Part shown: positions 1 through 12,600 of the stretch, piece by piece
Layout: the number at the start of each line of letters is the position of its first letter
How positions within the stretch are numbered: the first letter of the stretch is position 1
DNA from: Phoronis australis
Taxonomy: Eukaryota; Animalia; Phoronida
NCBI GenBank assembly: GCA_002633005.1
Contig: NMRA01000237.1
Location: 492,092-556,091, forward strand
Direction of reading: 5' to 3'
Length of the DNA: 64,000 nucleotides
Notes under the pieces: model-generated
What the model was told of the DNA's origin: nothing
The model's input: only the letters and a program-made list of their open reading frames with translations
The model's database searches: none
Made by a program: the position numbers and the translations under genes

Positions 1-612
1 AACTGCTCTTCCAAGCTGAAGACATCTACCAGAAACAGGCATGGGTGAGAGACATCCGGGACTGCATGAAGAAATGTGGCCTTGAGCAGACGGACATCAC
101 ACCTGAACAGATTGAGAAGATGAAGACCAGTCGCACAAAGTCGCCACCAATGAAGAAGAAGCAGACGATTGTCGAGGCAATCAAGAAGGAAGAAGAATCT
201 AAGCAGTACGTGAGCACGGAAGATTTGACAGGTACCGAGTACGATACTGCTCTGGAATATCAAAGTGATGTTAGTATCAGCAGTTATCACACAGCTACAG
301 AAGATATGGATGGTTATGGACCTGCCGATGGCACGCTACCAACGTTTATTTCACCAGTCGCCAATGTCACGTGTCGGGAAGGTGAAACGGTGAAACTGGA
401 GTGCAAAGTCGATGGAACGCCAGCGCCACAGGTTCAGTGGATGAAGAACCACTTGCCTGTCTTGGAGTCGGAGAACTGTAGGCAGGTCATCGACGGCAAC
501 TTTTTCTCGTTGGTGATACAGGAAGCTTCCCCAGAAGACAGTGGTGTGTATACTGCCAGAGCTATGAATACGAATGGATTGAAAATATGCGATGCAGAGG
601 TTGTGGTCAGAG
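1..612 (+). CDS. unc-89: unc-89 exon (5' outside window): C-terminal end of PH domain, linker, Ig domain
   Basis: Frame from nt 3 reads LLFQAEDIYQKQAWVRDIRDCM (PH C-terminal helix), then PTFISP..LECKVDGTPAPQVQW..DSGVYTARA. Donor G|GTGAGT at 613, phase 1. Confidence 0.88.
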
Positions 613-3600
613 GTGAGTTAATCTGCACTTTTGAGATGTAATGACTTAAAAGTACTTAAAAGTTCTTTTGAAATTGTAAAATATTGATAAACAGTCATTT
701 TTTTCTGTTATGTAAAGTAAATGTCACAGTAAAATTATAATACCACTGTGGCTGTATTGTGAGTTTCAGTAATTAGTTGTGTTATTAGTGTTAATTAGTT
801 AATTGATAATCATTGTAATTAGCTGATATCATGTGCCAATATTTCTTGTCATTCTTGAGGTCGTAACTACTGTAATTTTACATGTGCCAAGTGATATTCT
901 ATTTTTTTTCAAAATTATCCACAAAAAGAAAAATTTTTAGTCAATTACGACATTCGGTAAGGTTTCGATTACTTGTAGAAAGGTAGTCTGCTCAGCCTTT
1001 GAAAAATATAAAACTACAATTTTGGCAATTGGTTTAAATTTGTACGAAATAAGTGAATACTTGAAATGAAGACAGTTATTATGCACTAAAAATTTTTTTT
1101 CCATATTTCGGGTTTAGCTCCTTACAACATTGGTAAATTATTTTGTTCGTCTGTTAAAACTTGCAGCACCATCTTCAGAGCCAGAACCAAGCTCTCCAAA
1201 CTTTGTCAAACGACTGGCAAGTGTTGATGTCATTGAAAACCAAGAGGTACGGTTTGACTGCCGAGTTACAGGATATCCTGAACCAGATATCACTTGGTAA
1301 GTTGTCATAAAGCCTAGGTACCTTTATTGAATGAACTGGGCAAGAAATTCTCTCAGATTAAAGTGGTATGTTTTTCTCTGCATGCTTGAGAGTGATTCTC
1401 TATTTATATTTGGCAGCACAATGTAAATTGCGTAATTGTTACCGTGTGGAATCCTAATATATCTTTTCTTAATAACTCTTGTAATTTCTGTGAATTTTAC
1501 ATGCTTTAGAAAATTTGTCCATCAAAAAACTTTTGACTTTTTGGTATCGTTAATTATATTAATGAATGCTTTTGCGGGAGAAGAGCACTTTCCTTAAACC
1601 AAAAAGTTTCACCAGTTAATTAACTGTTTTCTCCCAATCGACCAACACAGGTACAAGGATGGACTGGAAATAAAAGCAGACGATCACTTCCAGTTCCTGT
1701 TCCTGGACGATGAGTCATACTCTCTTGTCATCCAAAATGTCTCATTCAGTGATGCTGGACTGTATACGTGCAAGGCAGCCAACAAAATGGGAGAAACCAC
1801 CACGAATGCATCACTTGTTGTCAAGAGTAAGTCTTTGTTGTGTTGTAAGAGGTTGATATTAGATTTTGCCATCCACGTCCTTGATGCCAGAGTAGTTGCC
1901 TTACCAGTCAGCAGATAGTACATCGACTGTCAGGTAAGCTACTCAGAAAGACCTTACATGAAAGCTTCGTATCAGCCATCTTCTGAGTTAAAACACTTGC
2001 TGCACTTCTGTGAGAGAAACTTTTATTATTTAAATCATGTGAAAACGTACATTGTTATATGACTGGGTAGCCAGAAAAGACACGGGCCGCTAATAGCTGA
2101 CCACTGAGTAACAATTAATTGAATAGATATTAACAGCTAAGAAGAACAATATAGATAACAACAGAAAAACGTACGGTACATCTACAATGAAATAAGATAC
2201 AATGCAAGTTTATTTAAAATGGTAAATTAAATGTACTTTGCATAAATGGTAATATTCAACAAAGTAATTAGAATTCTTTCCTGTGCAAACTGAAACAAAC
2301 CACAAATTACTTCATAGAAATGGCTAAGCCTTCTCTTAGCAAAAGAGCACGTTTGCTGCTAGATTTGAGGGTTGATCATCGGTGATAGGATCTACAATCA
2401 TTTGTATAGTACTCCTAGAATAATCGGACAAAAAGACCAGAAGTCCTCTGTCATGTCAGCTAAGTGTAAGCAATGAATAGCTGGATGCCTCATCATGATG
2501 ACTGGGTGTAGAATGACCTGTTAAGATAGGTTAACACCGCGGAATTCCCCTGCCATGACGGTTGAGTGCAAACAGAATTCACCACGAGAGTTGCAAGCTT
2601 GGCCTGTCACAACAAGGAAACGGTGTTTTGTCTGATTACTTTTGACGTGCGGTGTACATTTTTTCAGGTAGGAGATAAGACAGCAGATTTGCTGTCTGGT
2701 GAGAAACCACACAAACACTGTATTAATTTCACTACTAAAACTTGCATTTGATACAATTCCAGGTGCACCCGCTGTGAAGGAACCCAAGGAACCATCGGCC
2801 CCACAGTTCACTAAGACCATCAGTGATGTTGTGGTGCAAGAAGGCAGCCATGCCACACTAGAGTGTGTTGTCCAAGGTGAACCGGAGCCTGAGATCACCT
2901 GGTTGCTAGACGACCATGTTCTCAAACCAGCCAAGGACTTCAGCATGAAGTTTGATGGTGAGACGTGCACTCTTGTCATAAAGGAAGCGTACCCGGAGGA
3001 TTCTGGAACGTATACATGCCGGGCGACCAACAAGCTCGGGGAGGTTGAATGTAGCTGTAAGCTGATGGTGGAGGAACTGCCAGCCACTCCCATTGGAGCC
3101 GCCCCACAACTGGTGGCGGAATTGACGGATGTTGATGCCAAGGCTGGTAACGATGCCAGGTTTGAGTGTGTTGTGACTGGTGATCCAAGACCTGAAGTGA
3201 TCTGGTATCACAACAAGAAACCTCTGCAGGTTTGTGAAGTCATGNGAGGTTGTGGTCAGAGGTGAGTTAATCTGCACTTTTGAGATGTAATGACTTAAAA
3301 GTACTTAAAAGTTCTTTTGAAATTGTAAAATATTGATAAACAGTCATTTTTTTCTGTTATGTAAAGTAAATGTCACAGTAAAATTATAATACCACTGTGG
3401 CTGTATTGTGAGTTTCAGTAATTAGTTGTGTTATTAGTGTTAATTAGTTAATTGATAATCATTGTAATTAGCTGATATCATGTGCCAATATTTCTTGTCA
3501 TTCTTGAGGTTGTAACTACTGTAATTTTACATGTGCCAAGTGATATTCTATTTTTTTTCAAAATTATCCACAAAAAGAAAAAATTTTAGTCAATTACGAC

Positions 3601-6600
3601 ATTCGGTAAGGTTTTGATTATTTGTAGAAAGGTAGTCTGCTCAGCCTTTGAAAAATATAAAACTACAATTTTGGCAATTGGTTTAAATTTGTACGAAATA
3701 AGTGAGTACTTGAAATGAAAACAGTTATTATGCACTAAAAAATTTTTTCCATATTTCGGGTTTAGCTCCTTGCAACATTGGTAAATCCATTTATTTTGTT
3801 CGTCTGTGAAAACTTGCAGCGCCATCTTCAGAGCCAGAACCAAGCTCTCCAAACTTTGTCAAACGACTGGCAAGTGTTGATGTCATTGAAAACCAAGAGG
3901 TACGGTTCGACTGCCGAGTTACGGGATATCCTGAACCAGATATCACTTGGTAAGTTGTCATAAAGCCTAGTTACCTTATTGAATGAACTGGGCAAGAAAT
4001 TCTCTCAGATTAAAGTGGTATGTTTTTCTCTGCATGCTTGAGAGGGATTCTCTATTTATATTTGGCAGCAAAATGTAAATTGCGTAATTGTTATAGTCTC
4101 ATTCTGTATTTGGAATCCTAATATATCTTTTCTTAATAACTCCTGTAATTTCTGTGAATTTTATATGCTTTAGAAAATTTGTCCATCAAAAAACTTTTGA
4201 CTTTTTGGTATCGTTAATTATATTAATGAATGCTTTTGCGGGAGAAGAGAACTTTCCTTAAACCAAAAAGTTTCACCAGTTAATTAACTGCTTTCTCCCA
4301 ATCGACCAACACAGGTACAAGGATGGACTGGAAATAAAAGCAGACGATCACTATCAGTTCCTGTTCCTGGACGATGAGTCATACTCTCTTGTCATCCAAA
4401 ATGTCTCGTTCAGTGATGCTGGACTGTATACGTGCAAGGCAGCCAATAAAATGGGAGAAACCACCACGAATGCATCACTTGTTGTCAAGAGTAAGTCTTT
4501 GTTGTGTTGTAAGAGGTTGATATCAGATTTTGTCATCCACGTCCTTCATGCCAGAATAGTTGCCTTATCAGTCAGCAGATAGTACATCAACTGTCAGGTA
4601 AGCTACTCAGAAAGACCTTACATGAAAGCTTCGTATCAGCCATCTTCCGAGTTAAAACACTTGCTGCACTTCTGTGAGAGAAACTTTTATTATTTAAATC
4701 ATGTGAAAACGTACATTGTTTTATGACTGGGTAGCCAGAAAAGGCACGGGCCGCTAATAGCTGACCACTGAGTAACAATTAATTGAATAGATATTAACAG
4801 TTAAGAAGAACAATATAGATAACAACAGAAAAAAGTATGGTACATCTACAATGAAATGAGATACAATGCAAGTTTATTTAAAAAGGTAAATTAAATGTAC
4901 TTTGCATAAATGGTAATATTCAACAGAGTAATTAGAATTCTTGCCTGTGCAAACAAAAACAAACCACAAATTACTTCATAGAAATGGCTAAGCCTTCTCT
5001 TAGCAAAAGAGCACGTTTGCTGCTGGATTTGAGGGTTGATCATCAGTGAGAGGATCTACGATCATTTGTATAGTACTCCAAGAATAATCGGACTTTTGAC
5101 GTGTGGTGTACATTTTTTCACGTAGGAGATATGACAGCAGATTTGCTGTCTGATGAGAAACCACACAAACACTGTATTAATTTCACTACTAAAACTTGCA
5201 TTTGATACAATTCCAGGTGCACCCGCTGTGAAGGAACCCAAGGAACCATCGGCCCCACAGTTCACCAAGACCATCAGTGATGTTGTGGTGCAAGAAGGCA
5301 GCCATGCCACACTAGAGTGTGTTGTCCAAGGTGAACCGGAGCCTGAGATCACCTGGTTGCTAGACGACCATGTTCTCAAACCAGCCAAGGACTTCAGCAT
5401 GAAGTTTGATGGTGAGACGTGCACTCTTGTCATAAAGGAAGCGTACCCGGAGGATTCTGGAACGTATACATGCCGGGCGACCAACAAGCTCGGGGAGGTT
5501 GAATGTAGCTGTAAGCTGATGGTGGAGGAACTGCCAGTCACTCCCATTGGAGCCGCGCCGCAACTGGTGGCGGAATTGACGGATGTTGATGCCAAGGCTG
5601 GTAACGATGCCAGGTTTGAGTGTGTTGTGACTGGCGATCCAAGACCTGAAGTGATCTGGTATCACAACAAGAAACCTCTGCAGGTTTGTGAAGTCATGTC
5701 TTGGGTATACAGCTGAACAGTTTGGTTAATACGAATTAAATGTGGTTGTTTTTTCTTACTACTCGTCTAATTTTTGTCTATCAGTGTACGTTATTTGGTA
5801 TCAGTAGCAAGAATGTGTTATTTTGTTGAAAGTCATGTTGCTTTTGGTACTGCCAATGAGGGTGTGAAGTATCCTAGCACTAGTTTCTGTAGTTGATTAG
5901 GTGGATGGGTATCCTTCAGCCAAATGGATATGTGCACGTCATTTTAGTAATCTGAAAGCTGTCTTATTGATAAATGCTTGTACTAGCTTTATTGTAAGGT
6001 ACATATATGTGACTGGCTTCATTAGTATCAAGTAGAGCATGTTCAATACAATATTGACTTATTTGCTGTTGAGTCTTCCAGTAAAATTGTGTATTCCTAA
6101 AGCGATATCGTGGTCATTGCATAGTTCACGTCTTTCAATTGCTTTAATTTGCAGGAGAGTGATCGCGTGAGATTCACCCAGGAAGATGACCGCTACATTC
6201 TCACGATCCTTGGCCTTCAGCCAAACGATGGCGGTGACTACACCATGAAAGCTGCTAGTCCTGCAGGTGAAGTGTCTTCGATGGCAGGCCTGCACGTGGC
6301 TGACGTCAAACAAATACCTAGGTCAGTATTACTGGTGGACTCTTGATATGAAGGTTTGCTGTAGATATCAGTTGAGTTCATTTTGTCCTAAATAAGTATT
6401 AGTTTAAAAGACTGTGCACAGATACCATGCCTGCAGTTTGTGTAATTTGAATGGATTCACAAATATTTTAACGAACAATGTTCTTCATTTTGCATAAACT
6501 ATAAAACAGATATTGTATATCTCAGTAAGGATTGGAGGGTTTTTGGTATTGTATTGAAGCTACACAAGGAGAAAAGCAAGTTCCTGGTAAAGCAGACTTC

Positions 6601-9600
6601 ACTAATAATTCTGAACTCATGAAATGTTCTTGTTTGGCATTATTGCATTGTTTGAGTTGGCAAAGTTGTACATTTACTGCAGTTTTAACAGAAATCATTG
6701 AATTTCAGCAATGAACTGGCATTTGGCTTTGCACCGACATTCACCAAGAAGATCAAGGACTGTGAAGTCGTAGAGGGGGGCGTGGCCAGATTTGACTGCA
6801 GAGTGGTGGGATCCCCTGAGCCAGACATTGTGTGGTAAGGGTTACTGCACAGCTGATGCAATGAACATTGCGAGATTTGGTGTCCACCAGGTGGCAGTGA
6901 AAATGAATGATGGATGCTCTTTTGTTAAGGCCAAAGAATTTCAAAAAAAATCATTGATTTAGACCTCTTACCCTTGTAAAACTGGTCTCCATTTTTTCTT
7001 TACTTTGATACATGATTTCTGGCCTATTAGAAGAACTGGCAGTGGTATAATTACTTATGGCCATCACACACCAAACTTGTGGAGTCTAGTCTCAAGCAAT
7101 AACAAACTCAGGTGTTCCCAAACCCAGATATCAATTTAAATTCGAGTAAAAAACAAGTTACGATAAAATGTCGCCAATGTTGAACAAAAATAATAACCAA
7201 AAATTGCCATTTTTCATTGTTCATATCCCTCTAACATTGTTGTGAATGCCCATGATTTCACATTGTGTTATAGCAACTATGGTATATAGATTAAAACTCA
7301 TAAAGCATTCATTTGATGTTATTACTCTCTTATGAAGTATCTCTTGCAAACGTTTTAAGTCTGGTCAGCACGCCATCTGTTGGCCACATCACGTAACCTA
7401 ATGAATATAAGTGGCCAACAGATGGCGTTCTGACCAGACTTAAAATGTTTAAATATTTTCCATGCCGTAATGAGACTGACGAATTCATAAAATATCTCTT
7501 GTTCACCATTTACTGTAAGACAAGTTTCATAATCATGTACGTTCACTAACTTGTATAAATCAATTTTTGACTCAATGTGTGTTCATAGCAGCTAATTGAA
7601 TTGTTTGAGAGAAGGGAAACATGATCACAAGCAAGGGGCATTCATGGGAACATGGTCCCACGTGGCTTATTGAGTGCGCATGCATTTGTGCACGTAGGAC
7701 CAGTGTTTTTTTGTAAATCACCAAGGCAAGTTCAAGCAGCTTGTAGGGTAAAACAGATTTTACAAACTGTTGCTTGGGCATCTGAAATAGAATGGATTTC
7801 AAGTCCAGTCCATCTGAGAGACATATTTTCTCTCAAGAAGCTGCGTAGAAACCATTTTGCTTACACAGATGAGAATGTTAACTTCTATATTTTTATGTTT
7901 GGTATTTCTGTATGCAACTGTCAGAGATCCAGTCATAGGTTTTGATTGCTGCTGTTCGCAGTTCTGTATATAGTGACAGTGGCAACTTTATTGGTAATAA
8001 TTCAGTTTGACTGTAACAGAATTGCGTGTAAATTCAGGTTCAAAGATGGCACCGAGATCAAACCTAACGGTCACTACCACATGCAGCATGATGGCAGTTA
8101 CTTTACTCTCCTCATCTATGATGCCACCATCTCCGACATCGGTGAATACTCATGTAACATCAGCAACCATGCCGGTCAGGCATCGTGCTCTGCTGAGCTC
8201 AGCATTGAATGTGAGTAGTTTAGAATGCTTATCTCATGACATGTAGCTGTGAAGCCCATAAAGTGCAGCTGTGTTTCTCACATCTTGGACCTACATGGCT
8301 CAGGACTTGCAGCTGTGAAACTTGTATGCTGTAGATGAGTGGTTAAGAGCTTGCAGCTATGTAGCTCAGGCAGCTGTGTAGCTCTAATTAACTTGTCCGT
8401 ATGTACTGTAGTTTACAAAAAGGATTATGAATTTTGTTGAAAATTGCCTGGCTTCGTTGATATTATGGCCTAACCACAAAAGTAAACCGGGTGAAAAATA
8501 AATCCCATAAAATCATTTGAAAAGTTACTTTTGTATCAAAATTATGACAATTTTCGATGAGAAGAAATTTTGTCAACTATTTTTGAAAATTACTGTAGCT
8601 CCCAGCTTGCTGACTTGTTCAGTCACTATAGAAAATTAAATCATGAAACAACCCATTCTCAGCTATAAGACTTCAAATCTCAGTGTACCAGTCATCACAT
8701 TTTTCTGTTTACCAATGTTTGATCATACATCAGTTTTGATTGTTTAACTACGCTACGTATGGTTTAACTCCTTCAACTCCTTTCCCTATAGTCCCTCAGG
8801 AAGACGTGTCTCCGAGGATCTCCCCTGAAAGAGGTGCCTCAACTGAAGAAACCCCTGATGTGCCAAAGCAGAGAACTCCCGAACCCAAACTGAAACGTGT
8901 CGCGCCTTGTCCTGTGATTGATAAGCCCAAGGTGTCCAACTTTGAAATAGACTCATTTACTCTCTCATGGCAGCCAGCGACAGCGGTGCCTGATTCAGAG
9001 CCATCCGCCATCTCGTATGTGATAGAATACCGTGAGTTGCCTGGCCACCAGTGGCTGACAAAGGTTCAAAACGTGCCTGGTACAACGTTTGGTGTGACTG
9101 GTTTGAAAACATCATATGACTACCTGTTCAGGGTGAGAGCAAAGAATGAGTTTGGACTGTCAGAGCCTTCGATGCCTGTCTCTGTGTCGCCAATGCTGAT
9201 GCGCAAAGGTAAGACTGTTTACCCTTTAACATTGTGCCATATGATTCATCTGGTCCTAAAATATCAATTTTTTAGGCGCCCACATATTTATATGTGGACT
9301 CATTATGCCGTCATCTCCATTTGTCCGGCGTCCGCTGCTCTATCTCCAAAACCCCTTGACGTATGTTCATGAAATTTTGCACATGTGTTCCTTCCGTGTA
9401 TGGGACGGCATGAGCGAACTTTCGGACTGCTCTGACAACCGGTGTGCTCCCTAGTTTTGCAATTTTAGTTTTTTACGCTTACCTCTGTATCTTCAAAAGT
9501 CCTTAACAGATTTTAATGAAATTTGGTGTGTAGGCACCTATTAGTGAAATGACGCGATCCTCCCGTTTTCGGATTGATTCAATGTAGTTTGCTCCACCTA

Positions 9601-12600
9601 GTGGCCGTTTTTATTGTTTTTGAGTCCATTTTTTGCGTCCACCCCTCTATCAGTCAAACTGCTCAAAGGATGATTGTAAACATGTATGTTTTTACTATGA
9701 AGTCAACGTCTGACGATGTTTTTTGATGACTTCGACTAAAGTGGTGCCTCCTAGTGGGAGTTTTGTTTTTTTTTGCCTAAGACTGTGTCTCCTAAACCGT
9801 TTGCAGGATCTTTACGAAATTTAGTAAGTTCATTTATATGATGTTAGCAACAAACGACGATGACTATCGGACAGATCTGAGTACTGGGGTGCCACCTAGT
9901 GGCAATTTCATTTTTTTACGTCTACCTCTGTATCTTCAAAGGTCCTCAATGTATTTTCATAAAATTTGGCAAACAGGCATCTGTTAATGAAATGACACTA
10001 TTGCTCTGTTTTCAAATGAATTCGACCTAGTTTGCGCCACCTAGTGGCCATTTTTCACTGTTTTCGAGTCTTGTTTTTTGGCGTCCACTCATCTGTCAAC
10101 CAAACCGTTTTCAGGATAATTGTGAAAATTGGCATGTATGCTTTTACTATGAAGTGGACAGCTGACGATGATTTTCTGACGATTTCGTCTACTGAGGCGC
10201 CTCCTGGTGGCAGTTTTTTTTGCGCTCATGGCTGTATTTCCTAAACTGTTTGCAGGATCTTTACTTTATTTAGCAAGTGTATTTATGTGATGTTGACTAC
10301 AAACGACGACGACTTCCGGAAAGATCTGACTACTGATGTGCCCCCTAGTGGCAATTTTAGTTTTTACGTTTAAGTCTGTATCTTCAAAGGCCCTCAACAG
10401 ACTTTCATAAAATTTTAAATATAGGCGTCTGTTGGTGAGGTGACACTATTTTCCTGTTTTTGGATGGAATTAAGGTATTTTGCGCCACCTAGTGGCCATT
10501 TTTTTCTGTTTTCAAATCTTGGTTTTGGCGTCTACCCCTGTATCAACCAAATAATTTTAGGGATGGTTTTGAAAATTGGCGTATATGTTCTCAGTGTGAA
10601 GAGGACGTTTGATGATGGCGACTAACTACTGTGGCACCCCCTAGTGGTCATTTTATTTTGTTTTGTGCCCATAGTTGTATCTCCTAAACCCACTGCAGGG
10701 TCTTTATTAAATTTTGTAAATGTATTTGTATGAATATAACAACAGACGACGACGACTTTCAGGCGAACCCAACGGACGCTGTGCCCACTAGTGGCAATTT
10801 CATTTATTCTGTTTTCCTTTGTTTCACTGAAGTTCCTTGACAGATTTTTATGAAATACGGCATGTTCCTGTTTTTGGATGGATTATACATTTTGTACCAT
10901 CTAGTGGCCATTTTTGTGATAAAAATAAATAACCCTAAAAGCACACTATTTGCAATGCATTCGTGGGCGCATTTCAACGCTCCGCATTGCTCTTGTTTAC
11001 CATTGGAAACAGTATATTACTTCTAAGTTTGATATGCAACTCTGTATCAGTTTTATTCTGTTTCCCGGTGTATTTCTGAGCCTCTCAATCAATGAAATTT
11101 ATTTTCAGCAGTTCCCAAAATCCAAAAAGTTTCTTCATTTGAGACATCACCTAGAGACTATGAACCGCTCCAGTATTCCAAACGGGAATCCCCTGTGGAA
11201 GTTTCTCACTTAATGCCCTCCTATCAGTCGCCAAAACTACCACATCGACTGCCATATGAAGAAGACATCCACGCCCAACATGTGCCAAAAGCAGAACCCA
11301 GGAGAACATCATATGAACGATCATATCCTGGTCAGGATCATTTTGATGGTGCTCCAGTTTCAAAATATGAAAGATCAAGCTACGAGCCTGTGAAATATGA
11401 CAGGCCATCGTATCGGTCACCGATCTCTGTTGACTCACCGTCCCTGGAGTATGCACGCTATGAAAGTCCTCGACGCCGTACCGTCAGTCCATCCTACGTT
11501 AAAGCTTCCCCAGCACCTCCGTCTCTGCCGACACGACATTCTAGGCCTCGGTCACCAAGTCCTGTCAGGCAGCGGCCATTACCGAACATAGATTACGGCA
11601 CGTATCGTCGACCCATTATCGATGAGTTTGAGCCAGATTCCCAACGACTAAGTCTCAAGTGGTCACCCAGTGTGATACCATCGTATCCTAAATATGAACC
11701 GTCTGCGTATACATTGGAGTACAGGGAACCAGAGAGTTCCACGTGGAGGAGACTTGCTACTGGCCTGCAGTCAACGGCATACACCATCACAGATTTTGAG
11801 CCAGAGCGGGACTATGAGTACAGGATCCTGGGAGAAGTTGGCAAGAGCTTCACTGAACCATCACTGCCTGTGTCTACCCATGTGATAAGAAGAACAGGTA
11901 AGTTAATGTGCATTATATCTCCATGACAAAGTGTACTCCAAACCGACCAAATACTTGGTGTCCCTGAAAAGGCCACGTTTACACCATGTCCTGTCCTATG
12001 AAAAATCATCAGTTTCAAAAGGTTTTTTTCCACTAGCTAATAGCTTATTTATATTTTCCTGCTGATGTTAAGTCCCATGATACTAGGAATGGTAATTATT
12101 GCTAAAAACCAGCATTTCTGTTTCGTTGGGTTGGAAATAATATTTTGGTCTAGTATCAAAATTTCCAACTATGATGCTGTTCTAATTTCAGGTTATGATC
12201 TTGACTACGATTTACCTGAAATTCAGGGAAGATCACTATCGCCGTCTTCCCAAAGGACATGTAAGATTATTTGCCATTTATCCACCAATGAGCTTGCTAA
12301 GATTTCTCTTCTTGTACTGTGATTCTCCACTTTATTCATACAAAATGAATTAAATGTATTTTCATTATATTCAGGATGTGTAAATTAAACCATAGATTAT
12401 AGACAACAGATTTGCGACTCCAACATTTTCTTGCATAATATCCAAGAAGAGGCGCCACCCTCCAAACATAGCAAACTCAGCTTCCAGTTAGTGTATTGTG
12501 ACGGGAAATTCTTATATCTGTTTTACTGTCCAGTACAACGAAAAAAACAATTTCAGCATTGAAATGCTGTTCAAAGTCTTCCAATAGTACAACTGTTGGT

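Larger units (their letters stand above)
597..5698 (+). repeat. Tandem near-identical duplication (597-3244 and 3246-5698) joined by a single N; probable uncollapsed haplotypes
   Basis: Sequence after the N at 3245 restarts at gaggttgtggtcagaggtgag (=597) and repeats three exons plus introns, with scattered SNPs and indels. Confidence 0.92.

Noticed and set aside
2521-5665. Long minus-strand ORFs (206 and 177 aa, and others)
   Set aside because: Antisense shadows of the Ig exons; no independent splice structure or domain.
9440-10915. Regularly spaced conserved motif resembling a CRISPR array
   Set aside because: The spacers are diverged copies of one another, the spacing is about 150 bp, the context is a eukaryotic intron and there are no cas genes.
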